Shown here: piece after piece, positions 1-16,229 of the stretch
Numbering within the stretch: position 1 is the stretch's first letter
Layout: every line of letters begins with the position of its first letter
Source of the DNA: the human T2T-CHM13v2.0 reference genome, Homo sapiens
Strand: one strand, 5' to 3'
DNA length: 64,000 bases
Assembly: GCF_009914755.1 (NCBI RefSeq)
Contig: NC_060945.1
Notes under the pieces: model-generated
Database searches by the model: none
What the model was told of the DNA's origin: nothing
What the model saw: only the letters and a program-made list of their open reading frames with translations
Made by a program: the position numbers and the translations under genes

Positions 1-69
1 ACACATCTTCTCTTTTCAAATTTGACTCCAAGGCCCACTTCCTTCGGGAAATCATTTATCCAGTGGTAT

Positions 70-1140
70 CATTTAGGATATTTTTGGTTGTGAGGAACAA
101 AAGCCTAGCTCCAAAAGACTTAATAAAAGGATCTCATTGGTTCACAAACTGAAAAACTCCAGTGGTAAATGAAGGCTCTGGGTACAGTTGGTACAGGCTC
201 TGGTCTCTGTAATTTCCTAGTTCTTCTCCCTTCTAGATGCTGGGTTTTTGCCTTCAAGTTGGCTTTCTTCATGGTGGCAAAATGGATCCAGCAATTCTGT
301 CAGAGGTTTTCGAAGCAGAGTGACTCCATCTTGATTAAAGGCTGTGTAAAATGAGGATGAGACTTGCTGGACTGCATTCCAGGAGGGTAGGCATTCTTAG
401 TCACAGGGTGAGACAGGAGGCCAGCAGGATTGATATCACAAGACACAGGTCACAAAGACCCTGCTGATAAAACAAGATGCAATAAAGAAGCCAGCCAAAA
501 CCCACCAAAACCAAGATGGTGATTAATGTGACCTCTGGTCTTCCTCACTGCTCATTATATGGTAATTGTAATGCATTAGTGTGGTAAAAGACACTTCTAC
601 TAACTCCATGACAGCTTACAAATGCCATGGCAATGTCCAGAAGTTACCCTATATGGTCTAAAAGGAGAACCTATATAGTCTAAAAGAACTGAGGGTTCTG
701 AGAAATCCCTGACCCTTTCCTGGAAAATTTATGAATAATCCACTCCTTGTTTAGCATACAATCAAGAAATAACCATAGTGTACTCAGTCAAGCAGTCCCT
801 GCTGCTGCTCTGCCTATGGAGTAGCCATTCTTTTGTTCTTTACTTTCTTAATAAACTTGCTTTCATTTTACTTTATGGACTTGCCCTCAATTCTTTCTTG
901 TGCAAGATTCAAGAACCCTCCCTTGGGGTCTGGATCAGGATCCCATTCCCGTAACAATTTCAGGCTCAGATCGGCTTTTAACACCATCCAGAGCAAGAGA
1001 AAGCTTTTTTGTTCCAGAATTCCCCATTAAAGTTCTCCTGGTCACTCTTATTGGGTTGTTTCGCTTAGGGTCAGGTGTCCATCCTGGTCCCAAGCAATGA
1101 GGCCAGGAGATGGGATGCAACGACTGGATCAATCTAGGCC
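70..1140. mobile_element. Old MaLR LTR (MLT1-type) interrupted by the MER41 LTR
   Basis: Degenerate MLT1-like motifs lie on both sides of 298-956 (atggtggcaaaatgg...cagcaatt | tcaggctca...gggtcaggtgtccatcc). Confidence 0.5.
298..956 (+). mobile_element. ERV1 solo LTR, MER41 family (MER41B-like)
   Basis: Begins TGTCAGAGG and ends GTAACA. It has MER41 hallmark segments (actccatcttg, aaaacccaccaaaaccaagatgg, gaagttaccctatatggtctaaaa), an aataaa signal and a near-TSD attc/attt. Confidence 0.85.
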
Positions 1141-2139
1141 TCTTATTCCCACTTTTTAAAACACTTATTATTATTATTTTTTAAAAATTATTTTTCATTC
1201 AGCTTTTTCATTTGAAACTTATTCCAATTCTTGAACTGGGGGTAGTTTCAACTTTCCTAGAGCTGTATGGGTCCTCAAATGAAAATTCGGGGCAGCTGGA
1301 TTAGAGAAGGGGGAAATGCATGCTGCAGGGGCAACCAACAAGGGGAGATTGTGCCAATTCACTCTTCCTATCCTCAGATTCACCTAAGTTCTGACCATTC
1401 AGCCCCATTTGAATGCATTCTGTATTCCTATGACTGTGGATTACATTTTTGTCTACCTTTGTGTCTTCTGTTTTGTCCTGCCCTATAAGCATCTCAAACA
1501 TATGCATAAAGCCTATATAAACTTTATAAATAAACTAACACTTCTGTTTTCAACCTGTAGGATGATGACAATGATGATGACGACAATGATGATGGTAATG
1601 ATGTGGAAAATGTGAAAAGAGAAAGAAATACTTGGAAATATATCTCACCCTCCATAAACAAAGCTCGGGGTTTAATTCTGACCTGTATGAGTTCATGGGG
1701 TGAACTGCAGACCGCTGTCTGTGGACAGGAAAACGATATTTCATCTCTAGCCCCAGGGACATCTCCAAAAGCTGAGCTAGATGAACTTTATATAAATTGG
1801 TACAAAATATAATTTTCTCTTTGCCTGCTGAAAGCCATTTCTAGAAATTCTGTTAATCAGAATCTCCCTAAGTTAATCAGTCATCTAGACAGATCTTATT
1901 TCTTTTTTAGACAAAGAAAAGTATATAAGTAACAGGTATTGGTAAACCACTTGAGTGAAGCATATGATATCTAATGTAAGGAAATCTAAAAGTGTCCACA
2001 GGCAAAATCTCATGGATTCAATTGATAGCACAGGTCATCAACTGACATGCAGACGGAATTCTCTTGTGGAACAAGACAATACAGCCATTGCTTAGAGACT
2101 AATTGTCAAGGAATTAGTCATTTCCTGTTTCAGAATAGC

Positions 2140-2325
2140 ATCATCACCACCACCATTAATGCCAACATCAACCACCACCACCTACGCCACCACCGTTAGC
2201 ATCATAACCACCACCAATAACATCACCAACAGCAACACTGCCATCAACATAAACCATCACCACCACCAAAACCATTAGCATCACCTAGAACCACCAGTCA
2301 CCACCATCACCACTTACCACAACAA
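2140..2325 (+). repeat. Degenerate (CAC/CAT/CAA)n low-complexity tract
   Basis: Repeated catcaccaccaccatta-like triplets. Confidence 0.85.
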
Positions 2326-2571
2326 GGCTTATATTTACATACTTATTTTACTTTTCGAAATACATTCACATGCATGGTTTCATTAGATCTTATCTACTTG
2401 GTAAGGTTGGCAGATCTGACATCATTAGCCTCATTTTATCTGTATGGAAACTAAGTTCTAGAGAAGCGAAGTGATGTGTGAAAGGACACCAGAGTGATTG
2501 ATAATCAAATCCAGACTAGAGTTTGGTTCTTCTGACTCCAAAATTAATACATTTTTCTTAAAAGAAAAAAA

Positions 2572-3190
<619 letters not shown>

Positions 3191-3749
3191 AATGCTTTTT
3201 TTGTCGTACCTAATTCTTTCAATGAAAATGAAGAATTTCCAACTTCTGATATTAACAACTTTGGTCCTATATTCAAGCTAGAGTCTTTCAAATAAAATAG
3301 ACTTTTAAAACCATCTGTCTCCAAACCCTAAATGTCTCAGGTGAGCAACTAAGCTGCTCAGTTTATGTGACTCCCCAGAAGTTGAATTTTAACCCAGAAC
3401 TGACTCCAAGTTCATTCTTCTTTCCACGACAAGGAGTCACCTCCTTGTATGCCCCCAGGAGTCTCCCGGATTCCTCCGAGAACAGTGGAATAGTGCTCCT
3501 CCCCAGAGCACAGGTTTTGCCAGTGAAGATTGAATTTGGCTAGAAACCGCTGCCCTGCTCTCTCTTCTCGAAGCACCTGGAAGTCTGAGAAGGAACTGGG
3601 TGGCTGGCTCTGGTCACAAACTAGCAGCCAGAAGCACCCCTTGTCAGTGATGCACCCCCAGTCCCCCTCAAGGGCTCCAAGTAAACCCAAAGCTGCTCCC
3701 CTCCAAGAAGTCTGGGGCCACCCTAGGGAAGGCCTCCTGGCCTTGACTC

Positions 3750-4162
3750 TCAGGGGGTCTCTGGGGTTGCGGTTTGGGGCCCGCTGCTTCCGCCCTTTGC
3801 CCCCAGGTGGGCCTGGCAGGGCTGCAGCACAGCTCTGTTGCTGATAGACAGGGTGGAGCACTTGGCGACCTTGCCCTGCAGCCCTGTCATTTTGAGTTCA
3901 GAGGTCAGATTTGAGTAATAAACATCTTCTAAGGACTTGTCATTCTTTCTGAGGATGTTGCTGGCCAGCCGGAAGACGAAAATCACCGCGTAGATGCCGA
4001 TGATGGTGAGTATATACCAGGCAGCGCTGGTTCCGTCTGGCACCTTCAGAGCCCTGGTGGAGTTGGTGTCATTCCTCCCCTCTGTGTGGTCACCCAGCAG
4101 GAGCCCCAGGAGGGTGCTGGCCTGGGTCTGGTTGGAGGCTTCATGGGGAGTCCACTTGGCCC
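3750..4162 (-). CDS. SMIM34: SMIM34 coding exon 2 (residues 3-139), single-pass membrane protein with KCNE-like architecture
   Basis: The acceptor ctctctgtttctcag|GG is at 4162 and the frame is open to TGA at 3750-3752. With exon 1 the CDS is 420 nt (139 aa): MEWAKWTPHEASNQTQASTLLGLLLGDHTEGRNDTNSTRALKVPDGTSAAWYILTIIGIYAVIFVFRLASNILRKNDKSLEDVYYSNL...TPETP. This matches my recollection of SMIM34(A). Confidence 0.88.
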
Positions 4163-4357
4163 CTGAGAAACAGAGAGGTCCGGATGAGATCCAGCGTCCT
4201 GGGCTGAGGGCTGCCTGGCCACACCAAGGAGAATGGAGCCCTCATATCCGTGAAAACGTGTCGCTGCTCAAAGAGGCCTTCTCTGAGGCATGAGCAGGAG
4301 TGTAACAACAGGTATGTCAATATATTTTTAAAAATCAAAAGAGTCCAAAACACTATT

Positions 4358-4680
4358 TTGTTGTTGTTTTGTTTTGTTTTTTGTTTTGTTTGTTTTAGAG
4401 AGACAGAGTCTCTGTCACCCAGGCTGGAGTGCAGTGGCATGATCATAACTTACTACAGCCTCAACCTCCTGGGCTCAATTGATCCTCCTGCCTCAGCCTC
4501 ACAAATAGACATGCAGCACCATGCCGGGCTAATTTTTTTCTTTTTTCTCTCTCTTTTTTTTTTTGTAGAGATAGGGTCTTGCCATGTTGACCAGGCTGGT
4601 TTTGAATTCCTGGTCTCAAGAGCTCCTCTCACCTTAGCCTCCCAAGCCCTGGGATTACAGGCAGGAGCCACTGTGCCCAG
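4358..4680 (-). mobile_element. AluJ-like
   Basis: Reverse-complement Alu dimer with a T-rich tail. Confidence 0.9.
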
Positions 4681-4813
4681 AAAAACACTAAGTTCTTGAA
4701 TAGGAGACACAACATCATAAAGATGTCAGTTATCCCTCAAATAATTTATACAACAAACATAATTGCAATAAAAACAGCAATAGGATTTCTTTGTGAAATC
4801 AATAAACTATTCA

Positions 4814-5140
<327 letters not shown>

Positions 5141-5373
5141 AATCAACTGTCAAGACTAATTAGAAAAAAAAATCTGAATAAAAAGAATGACTAATGAATT
5201 AGCCTAGCCACAAATTTTAAATCAGCCAGCTATAAAAACTAATTTACATTTTTTTCAATGAATGAAAGCTTTATATGCACAAAGCCCAGCTGGGACTTGC
5301 TGGGCTTTGCAGAGTGTGTGGGCTGGGGGTTCTTCAGAACCAGGTACAACTCTCCCTATAAAACTACAACAGT

Positions 5374-7270
<1,897 letters not shown>

Positions 7271-8364
7271 CACTTAGTACCGTGTATACTTATTTTTGAA
7301 AAGCAAGAGTGTACCAGTTGGTACTTTTCTGGTCTCCCTGGTGAGGTGCCCCTGGGTAAAGCCGTTGTATGCCCTTGTAAGACCAGAAGATTAAGATCTC
7401 AATTGCTGTTCAATTCAAAACTGTTTTCTCTGCTTGGAGAGCTGGTGGAGAAAATGAAACAATGAGAACCAGAGCTGTAGAGTGCAATCCTGTGAGACAT
7501 TTCCCAGTGGGGCCTTACTGGCTCAAACCCCCATTTCTTGCTCTAATGTGAACACAGATGTATTTAAAAACACATCATAGGATCAATCTTGCAGCCTGCT
7601 GTGCAGAACAAAGGTGCTCCAAAATGCTTCCCATTTGATCGTTGTTTGTTGCTAATTCATTTTGCGAACGCAAGACTCAGAGAGGCCAGTATTTTTTATT
7701 ATAGTTAGTTGCCAGAATGTGTGAATGAGCTTATTACTTTTAGATGAAGGAAGAAACTATTTAAAAATTACTTTTCAAACTACATGTGACAAAGCCCAGG
7801 ACAAATGAACAGATTTAATTACATAAAATTAGTCACTCGCAAGAAACAACACCACAAGCATAAATTTACACCATTGTTTGGTAGAATGGTTTGAGACATT
7901 AAAGTAAGGAAGGTGAAAAATTCCCGTAATTATTGCAACAAACAAACAGACAGCAAATCAACCCAACAAGAACACAATATCCTTATATTAGGGCAAGAGA
8001 ACTTATTGAAACTCAGAACACATGTATAAACTCATAGAACTTTCTAGAAATTGTCATAGAATGATGCAACACATTCAAATACAAATAAAATATCCCCAAC
8101 TAAGAGCTACACACAGAACATTAAATTATTTAAAAACCAGTCCATTTTCTACACGAAAGAAACTCACTATATTAATTACTGCAATACATTACATTTTACC
8201 TTTCTTACAAAGGTAAAAGTAAGTTAGGTTGTATCTTAATGGACAAACATATCCTGTAGAAGAGAGAAACTTTTTCCTCTGTGCTATTTTGTACTTGTAA
8301 TTTAATGACGTGAAATATGTAAAATCTCAACCTGCCCATCCTTGCATTGTAGCTGAGTACTCAC

Positions 8365-8371
8365 ATTCCAT
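8365..8371 (-). CDS. SMIM34: SMIM34 coding exon 1 (ATG GAA T), 3' end of the first exon
   Basis: The minus strand reads ccacccc ATGGAAT|gtgagt, a consensus donor. The phase-1 junction T+GG makes Trp and is in frame with the 4162 acceptor. Confidence 0.82.
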
Positions 8372-9289
8372 GGGGTGGTCTTGTCCTTGACTCTTGGAGG
8401 GGCAAGTTCAAGCGGCTACCATGCACAGAAGGGGAAGATGATGAAAGGAGAACTCCGTCTCCTAGGGAAGAATCAGTCCTACTGCAGTTGAGCTGCACTG
8501 AGTTTCCAGAGTGGGGAGTAATATGATCTTCCAACAATCTTAGGGCAGCACCAAACAGAAACTTAGTAAGTGGATGACTTTGCTTTCATGCAATTAATCA
8601 GAGGATCCGATTTGCTGTGTCTTCTGTTGCATCAGAACAGAAAGCACTTCCCAGCTTTGACTTGTTAAGAAGTTCTCAATCAAAACAAATTTTTAAAACG
8701 TGCTGGTATTAAGGAATCTCCATCTCTCAGGTCCCATCATGAACTGAGGTGGCCAGAAGCTCCCCCTGAGGCTGGCTCTCCGCTTAGAGCTTGGATGGCT
8801 ATTGAATTCCCCTGTGTTCTGCACCTGTTGCAGGTGTGGCAGATGGCCAGGTGTGGCAGAGATCTGTCATCATAGGGCCAGGAAACTCCATGGTCAAGAG
8901 TCACCAGCTTCCTCTGGACAGTCTCCCAGATGAGGAAACCCAGACAGGAAGGGAGTGACACCCCAAGGGTGACACACCTGAGGGGACTTGGGCTTTCCCT
9001 GAGGGGTCAGTGGGCAGTGGACTCCTGTGCCAGGTGGTGAGAAATGGCTCTTCTCTTTCCCAGAGTCACAGACCCCATTGGAGTTGAGGTAGGCTTAATT
9101 GGAAAGTGTTAGAGTAAGTGTCTGCGGGTAAAGTTTCCCCAGGAGCAGGGAGGGAAAAGTTGGAAGACTGGCAAGTTAAATCATCCAGCCATTGTTTCCA
9201 GTTCCATTTCTTCCTAATCCTCACTCTAGGACTCTAACTTGCCACGTTTGTGATGGTTGCTGGTTTTTAAGATACAATTTGATGAAATT

Positions 9290-10510
<1,221 letters not shown>

Positions 10511-10714
10511 TGTATTACCTATTCAATAATAAATGCACCCATTTGTTAGATATCTTTGTTGAAGATTCATTTGGCTCCTGCTGTCTCTTGCTATGGGATG
10601 GACCATGGCATCCCCCCTCTGCCACACAGACAAGGGATTTGGACACTGCCAGTGGGACGTGGGAGGGGAGAGCACCTGACCCGTGATAATAAGGGGCTCG
10701 TGGCAGTGATAAGG

Positions 10715-10810
10715 GCTGGGAGTCAGGGCTCTGGCCCCAGCCACATCCTTGCTGCATGACCCTGGGCCAGCCCCCTCATCTTTGTGAGCCTCAGTTTCCT
10801 CATCTGTGAG
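10715..10810. mobile_element. MIR fragment (a second one at ~11185-11300)
   Basis: MIR core gagcctcagtttcctcatctgt; the second has attatccccattt...ggctcagggaagtgact. Confidence 0.7.
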
Positions 10811-11681
10811 GTGAAGGTGGTGAAGGAGGTGAAGGATGAGCAGGATCTTATGTCCTTGGTCCTGAGAAGGCAGGAGAGAAGCCTGGGGCTCTGTGTGGGA
10901 AGAGCCGCTCTCTGGGGAGGTATCTGAATAGATGAGGGAGAGCACACCGGGCAGCCAATGTGCCAGAGGTGGAGGCTTTGGAGAGTGTTTCATTTGTGAA
11001 GTCAACAGATTTAACATTCAGATCAGGAGGATGTTGGCATGAGATGTGGGGAATCATAAGCTCCAAAACAATCGTGAGACAGAAGGAAAGATGGCCTTTT
11101 GTTGAGCAGCCATTCTCCTCCACGGAGAGTCCTGTCTAGTCTGCCTGTTGAAGGGGCACTGATGTTAGGGAATAGATCTGTGTCAAATGCTTCCCACCTC
11201 CCAGAATCCTGTGAGGCAGGAGTATTATCCCCATTTAAAGAGAGGACACTCAGGCTCAGGGAAGTGACTGGCCCAATGTCCCATAGCTCATAGGTGCCAG
11301 AGGTGGGTCATCCACACCAAAGTCATTCTCCTTCCATACCCTGAATGTCACCTTCACGCTGGACCCAGGATCCTGTGTGGTGAACTGTCTCGATCACTTC
11401 CCTAAAGGTTAAATCATAAACTCTTACTGCCAAGGCATATCCACGACCTTAAACTCTCCCTGTTGGGCAAAAACAATCTCTGATGTTAAAAGGCAGGATA
11501 GTGGATACTTTTCAGGGAAGGGTAAATGACAAGGGCATGAGGGGAACTCTGGGTGCCGGTCATATTCTGTTTTACAGGTTTGTTCAATTTGAGACACTTC
11601 ATAGAGCTGTAGCCTTGTGCACAGGCACTTTTTTGCATGCATCGTCTGCTTCAATATAAACCTCTTCCTGTTGTCTTGTTT

Positions 11682-11850
11682 TCGTTTTTGTTTTTGTTTT
11701 CTCTTGTTTTCTTGTCCTGCTCTGTCACCCAGGCTGGAGCTCAGTGGTGTGATCTCAGCTCACTGCAGCCCCTGCCTCCCAGGTTCAAGCGATTCTTCTG
11801 CTCGGCCTCCTGAGTAGCTGGGATTACAGAGGTGTGCTACCACACCTGGC
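11682..11850 (-). mobile_element. Alu half element
   Basis: Single reverse-complement Alu arm with a T-rich tail. Confidence 0.85.
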
Positions 11851-13372
11851 TTCCCTGTTGTTTCTTTAATGTAGAAAGCCCTGATAGATGGTGGGAAAAC
11901 AAAGTTTAAGGTATTCATAGAAAAATACAAATACTATTTTTAAGGATTCTATATCTGGCCACATGGTGCCATCTCACGAAGAGTGTCCCTGTCCCTTGAG
12001 GGGGAGTGGTCGGGATCATGGTCAGTGTGGGGCCCTGCAGCTGCCTGCTTCCCTATGCTGTGTGGATGACGCCCGCCTCCGGTCATTCCCCTGTGCTTAC
12101 ATAACAGTGAAATAGAACAACCTGTATCAGCACGAGGGCCAAGAATTTTCTTCTGACTTGTGGATACCTCCTTCCTTAGGCCTCTGATCAGTCTGGACAA
12201 ATATTGCCCTGAACGCAACCAAGCAAAGCCACTCACCTGGTAAATATTTGTATGAGCTACAGTTCTGGAAGAACAAATTCCAATATCCTGCAGTCCCCTT
12301 GACATCAAAGACCCAACTCTCCCAGAGGGCAATGGCTTTTTTGTCCACTGAGAAGCCAGTCAGCTTCGAAGAAAGGTGTCTAAATTGGGAGCAAAGGTGG
12401 CAATGATGTGGACTTGACTCCAAAAGAAATTTTAAAAAGAAAAGAAGTGCCTTTGCATTTCAGGGGGTCAGTATTGGCATTTTTAAAATGTCAACAAATA
12501 AATGTTCATATCCACACTTGACATTCTTTCCAAGGAGAATTTTCTAGAGGAGACAGACCTCATCGGTCAGCTCTGATGCCCTGCAGTGCAAAAAGACATT
12601 AAAAATGACGGTAAAGGACCCCTGCAGAGAACAACTGAGTCTCTTCCTTGCCCTGCGTCTCCAGATAAAGGATGCCCTGCATCCATCCCCTCCTGGCTAA
12701 GAGCACAGACTCCAGAGGCTTTTTCCTCTCCTGGAGGTTAAAGAGGCATCACATATGTTTAAAATCTTTAATTTATATGTCACCTTTGTCCTTCCTTTTA
12801 ACTTCATTTTTCTCTTATCCAGCATTTAGGGACTCATCTTTAGGGAGGTTCAAAGGAAAGCTCATGGCCTTTAGAACTGGAAGAACCATGTTCCAGTTGG
12901 GACTTGATCATTTACTAATTGTGGGATTACAGCCAAGTCACTTCATCCCTCTGCTGTAAAAAAAAAAAAAAAAACAAAAAAAAACATATGATGACATTTG
13001 TGGAATGGCTCCCCAAGCCAAAGAGGGCAAATATTGTCACAGCTCATTTCTTCTCTCAGTTAATTACTTGCGTCCTCGGCTGCCTGGCTGGCAGGACAAC
13101 CTATATTCGCCTCCCTCTTAAAGCCTCCTGGGTTGGCCAGGACTCCAAGCGGCTTTGTCCAGAATGAGTAGGGTGGTTGGCCTGGCCTCCTCAGCCAATC
13201 AGAGAGGACTAGCATCTGAACACTCCTCTGTGCTATTGCTTCTAGCTGCCACATGGGGACGCTGTTGAACACCGGCCTGGTGCAGTTGGCCATATGATGC
13301 TTCAGGGTCTTCTGAGACTTCAAGAATGTGCTCACAGGGAAGGTATTAGCTCTAAACACTTGCCTCTGCTAG

Positions 13373-13776
<404 letters not shown>

Positions 13777-14789
13777 AGAAGCCACAGTTTACAAATCTGG
13801 GGGATTTGGGGCATGGGAACAGAAACAGAAGAGTCCCAATGAAAGGAAGATACCAGCTGAGCTGCCCACTCTCCCAGCTGCAGTTCTCCTGCCCACAGCA
13901 GGCCCTAGCTGGGACAGGGAGGAGCCCCAGCCTTAAATCAAATTCAGAATTTTGTTTATGACATAAGACTGCACATCTTAATTACTGAATTAAGACTATA
14001 TTTTCCAACCTATCATGACTATAGGTGCAGGGCAAGATCAAACTCCAGTGTATGTGGGGCCCGCAGAAGAGATTTAAAGAAACAGTGGGGGCAGAAATAA
14101 AGCTGTGTGGTTATCAGATCCCATGAGTCTTGTCTGTAAGGATGATGGTTACAGTCGGGATGCTCCAGAGTGCAAAGCCACATCTCAACCAGAGTTAGTA
14201 ACAAGGGAGAGTTTACTGGTTCATGTGAGGAAGAGAGAGGAAGGGGAGGGCTAGCCAAGGGGCTGGATGCAGGAAGGAGGGTCCCCAGGGTTCTCTGTCC
14301 CCCTCCTGTCTTCCATCTCTGCCTCTCTCAGCAGGTTGGCCTAATTTCCTCCGACTGCAGAGAAGCACACAAGCTGTGGCACCTGGTGCTCAGACTCACA
14401 CTGCAACACTTCCACCAGTAGATGGCAGAGAGGTACTTTCCTGCCTGTTCAGCCACGAAAATCCCAGGGGATGGCTCTGACTAGCCTAAGTCAGGAACCT
14501 GCTGTGGGCAATCACTGTAGCATTAAGATGGGGGCCAGTGATGGAGCCGGTCTGCAGCACATGCTCAGCAAAAGACAAAACCCGCCTGTTTTAGATCACT
14601 CCGGCTGCATCACAGAGTGTGGATTGAACAGGCACAGAACTGGAGGCAGAGAAACAAGTTAGGCAGCTGCAGGCATAATCCAGGCAGGAGATGACAGTAT
14701 TTGAAAGAAGGAGTGGGAGCAAGTCTGGAGAGAAGTCGATGGATCCAAGAGATTTTTAGAAGGTAGAATGTGCAGAACTTAATTAGTTG

Positions 14790-15716
14790 GTGCAGTGGGT
14801 TGAATGGTGTCTCCCTAAAAGATATGTTCACCTGGAACCTCAGCATGTGACCTTATTTGGAATAAGGGCTCTTGCAGAAGTAAGTAAGGTGAGAATCTTG
14901 AGGTGAGATCGTCCTGGATTACAGTGGACCTTGTATCCAATGGCAAATGTCCTTATAAGAGACAGAAAAGGAAAAGAAAGAGACACAGGGAAGAAGATGT
15001 GAAGATGGAGGCAGGGATTGGAGTGATGCAGCCTCAAGCCGCAGAATGCCTGGAGCCACCAGAGGTTGGGAGAGGCAAGAAAAGGTCCTCCCCTAGAGCC
15101 TTCACAGGGAGTAGCGTCCTGCCAACGCTTTGATTTTGAGCTGGTCTCCAGAACTAAGAGAGAATAGATATCTGTTTTTCTAATCCACCAAGTTTGTGGT
15201 TATTTTGATGCAGGGCAGGCAAGCCCCCAAATTGGGTTGTAGCCTGAGAGGGTTCTTGGGTTCATTCAGGAAGGAATTCAAGGGCAAGCTGGTGGTATTA
15301 GACAGCAACTTCTGTTGAAGCAGCAGTGGACAGCAGCAGCAGAGGTCCTGCTCTTTGCAGAGCAGGGCTACCCCATAGGCAGTGTGCCCAGAGTAGCAGC
15401 TCGAAGGCAGTTCTGTAGTCCTATTTACACCCACTTTTAATTATATGCAAATTAAGGGGCAGATTATGCAGAAAATTTTAGAAAAAGAGTGCTAATTTCC
15501 AGGTTGTCGGGTTGTTGCCATGGAAAGGGGCCGCAACTTCCGGTGAACTCCATAGTATGTGGCACACACTGGTGGGCGTGTCCCATGGAAAGGTGCTTCC
15601 GCCCTGTACCTGTTTTAGCTAGTCCTTAATATGGTCCAGTATCCGCGCCCTGCCTTTGGAGTCAAGTTCAACTTCCTACCTCAATTGATGATAGCAGTTT
15701 CTGAAAACTAACACAT
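14790..15716 (+). mobile_element. MLT1 (MaLR) LTR interrupted by an ERV1 LTR
   Basis: MLT1 motifs (gtgaccttatttggaaata, gtgaagatggaggcagggattggagtgatgcagc, ccaccaagtttgtggttattt). The terminus aaactaacaca resumes after 15683. Confidence 0.8.
15206..15683 (-). mobile_element. ERV1 solo LTR (LTR19-like; subfamily uncertain)
   Basis: TG...CA ends and a 4-bp near-TSD attt/attg. It is inserted inside the MLT1 and contains the octamer ATGCAAAT at 15445-15452. Confidence 0.7.
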
Positions 15717-15804
15717 GTAGATATAAATATAAGTCCTTAAGTCTATCATTATTATGCATATCCTATAGGGGAGTCATCGCGAATGAAACTGAACTTATTG
15801 TGGT

Positions 15805-16110
15805 TCATTCATTCAGATATTTATTTAAAAATATTTATTAAAGCTTACTGTCTGCCAGTCCGATACTGCACTAGGTAAGTGCTGGGGTTACAAACAGAAC
15901 AAGATAGACAGATTAGTTGCCCGCATGGAACTTATATCTAGTGGGAAGAGAAGCAAAAAAAAAGTAAGCAAGCAATAAACAGTAAAAAAAAAAAATACTG
16001 GGATTTGAGCCATAAAAAAAGAAATAAGATGCAGAAATCAGCAATAAGGAGGTTGGGGAGAAGATCCTTCTTTAGAAAGAATTGCCAGAGAAGGTGGTTG
16101 GGATAGGCAG
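15805..16110 (-). mobile_element. L2 3' fragment
   Basis: cattcattcagatatttatt...gcttactgtctgccag...gtgctgggg is a typical L2 tail. Confidence 0.6.
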
Positions 16111-16229
16111 AAAAAATAGTAATATTCCTCTTTTATCTTCACCTATATTAGATGATCAATAGATATTTCCTGAGAAATGAAGGACTGAGTATATTATAAG
16201 AAGGTATGATTAAAAACAATCACCAGAAT

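Noticed and set aside
3291-3296. AATAAA near the SMIM34 3' end
   Set aside because: It is on the plus strand, the wrong orientation for SMIM34. I could not identify a convincing canonical minus-strand poly(A) signal, so the 3' end is left uncalled.
3412-3861. 149-aa minus-strand ORF overlapping the SMIM34 3' end, and plus-strand ORFs 3530-3844 and 3994-4293
   Set aside because: These are alternative-frame or antisense ORFs in GC-rich exon sequence with no recognisable domain.
3750-4043. ORF-track 97-aa version of SMIM34 starting MPDG
   Set aside because: That start is a GTG (Val43). The frame is open up to the splice acceptor at 4162, and the true ATG is at 8371.
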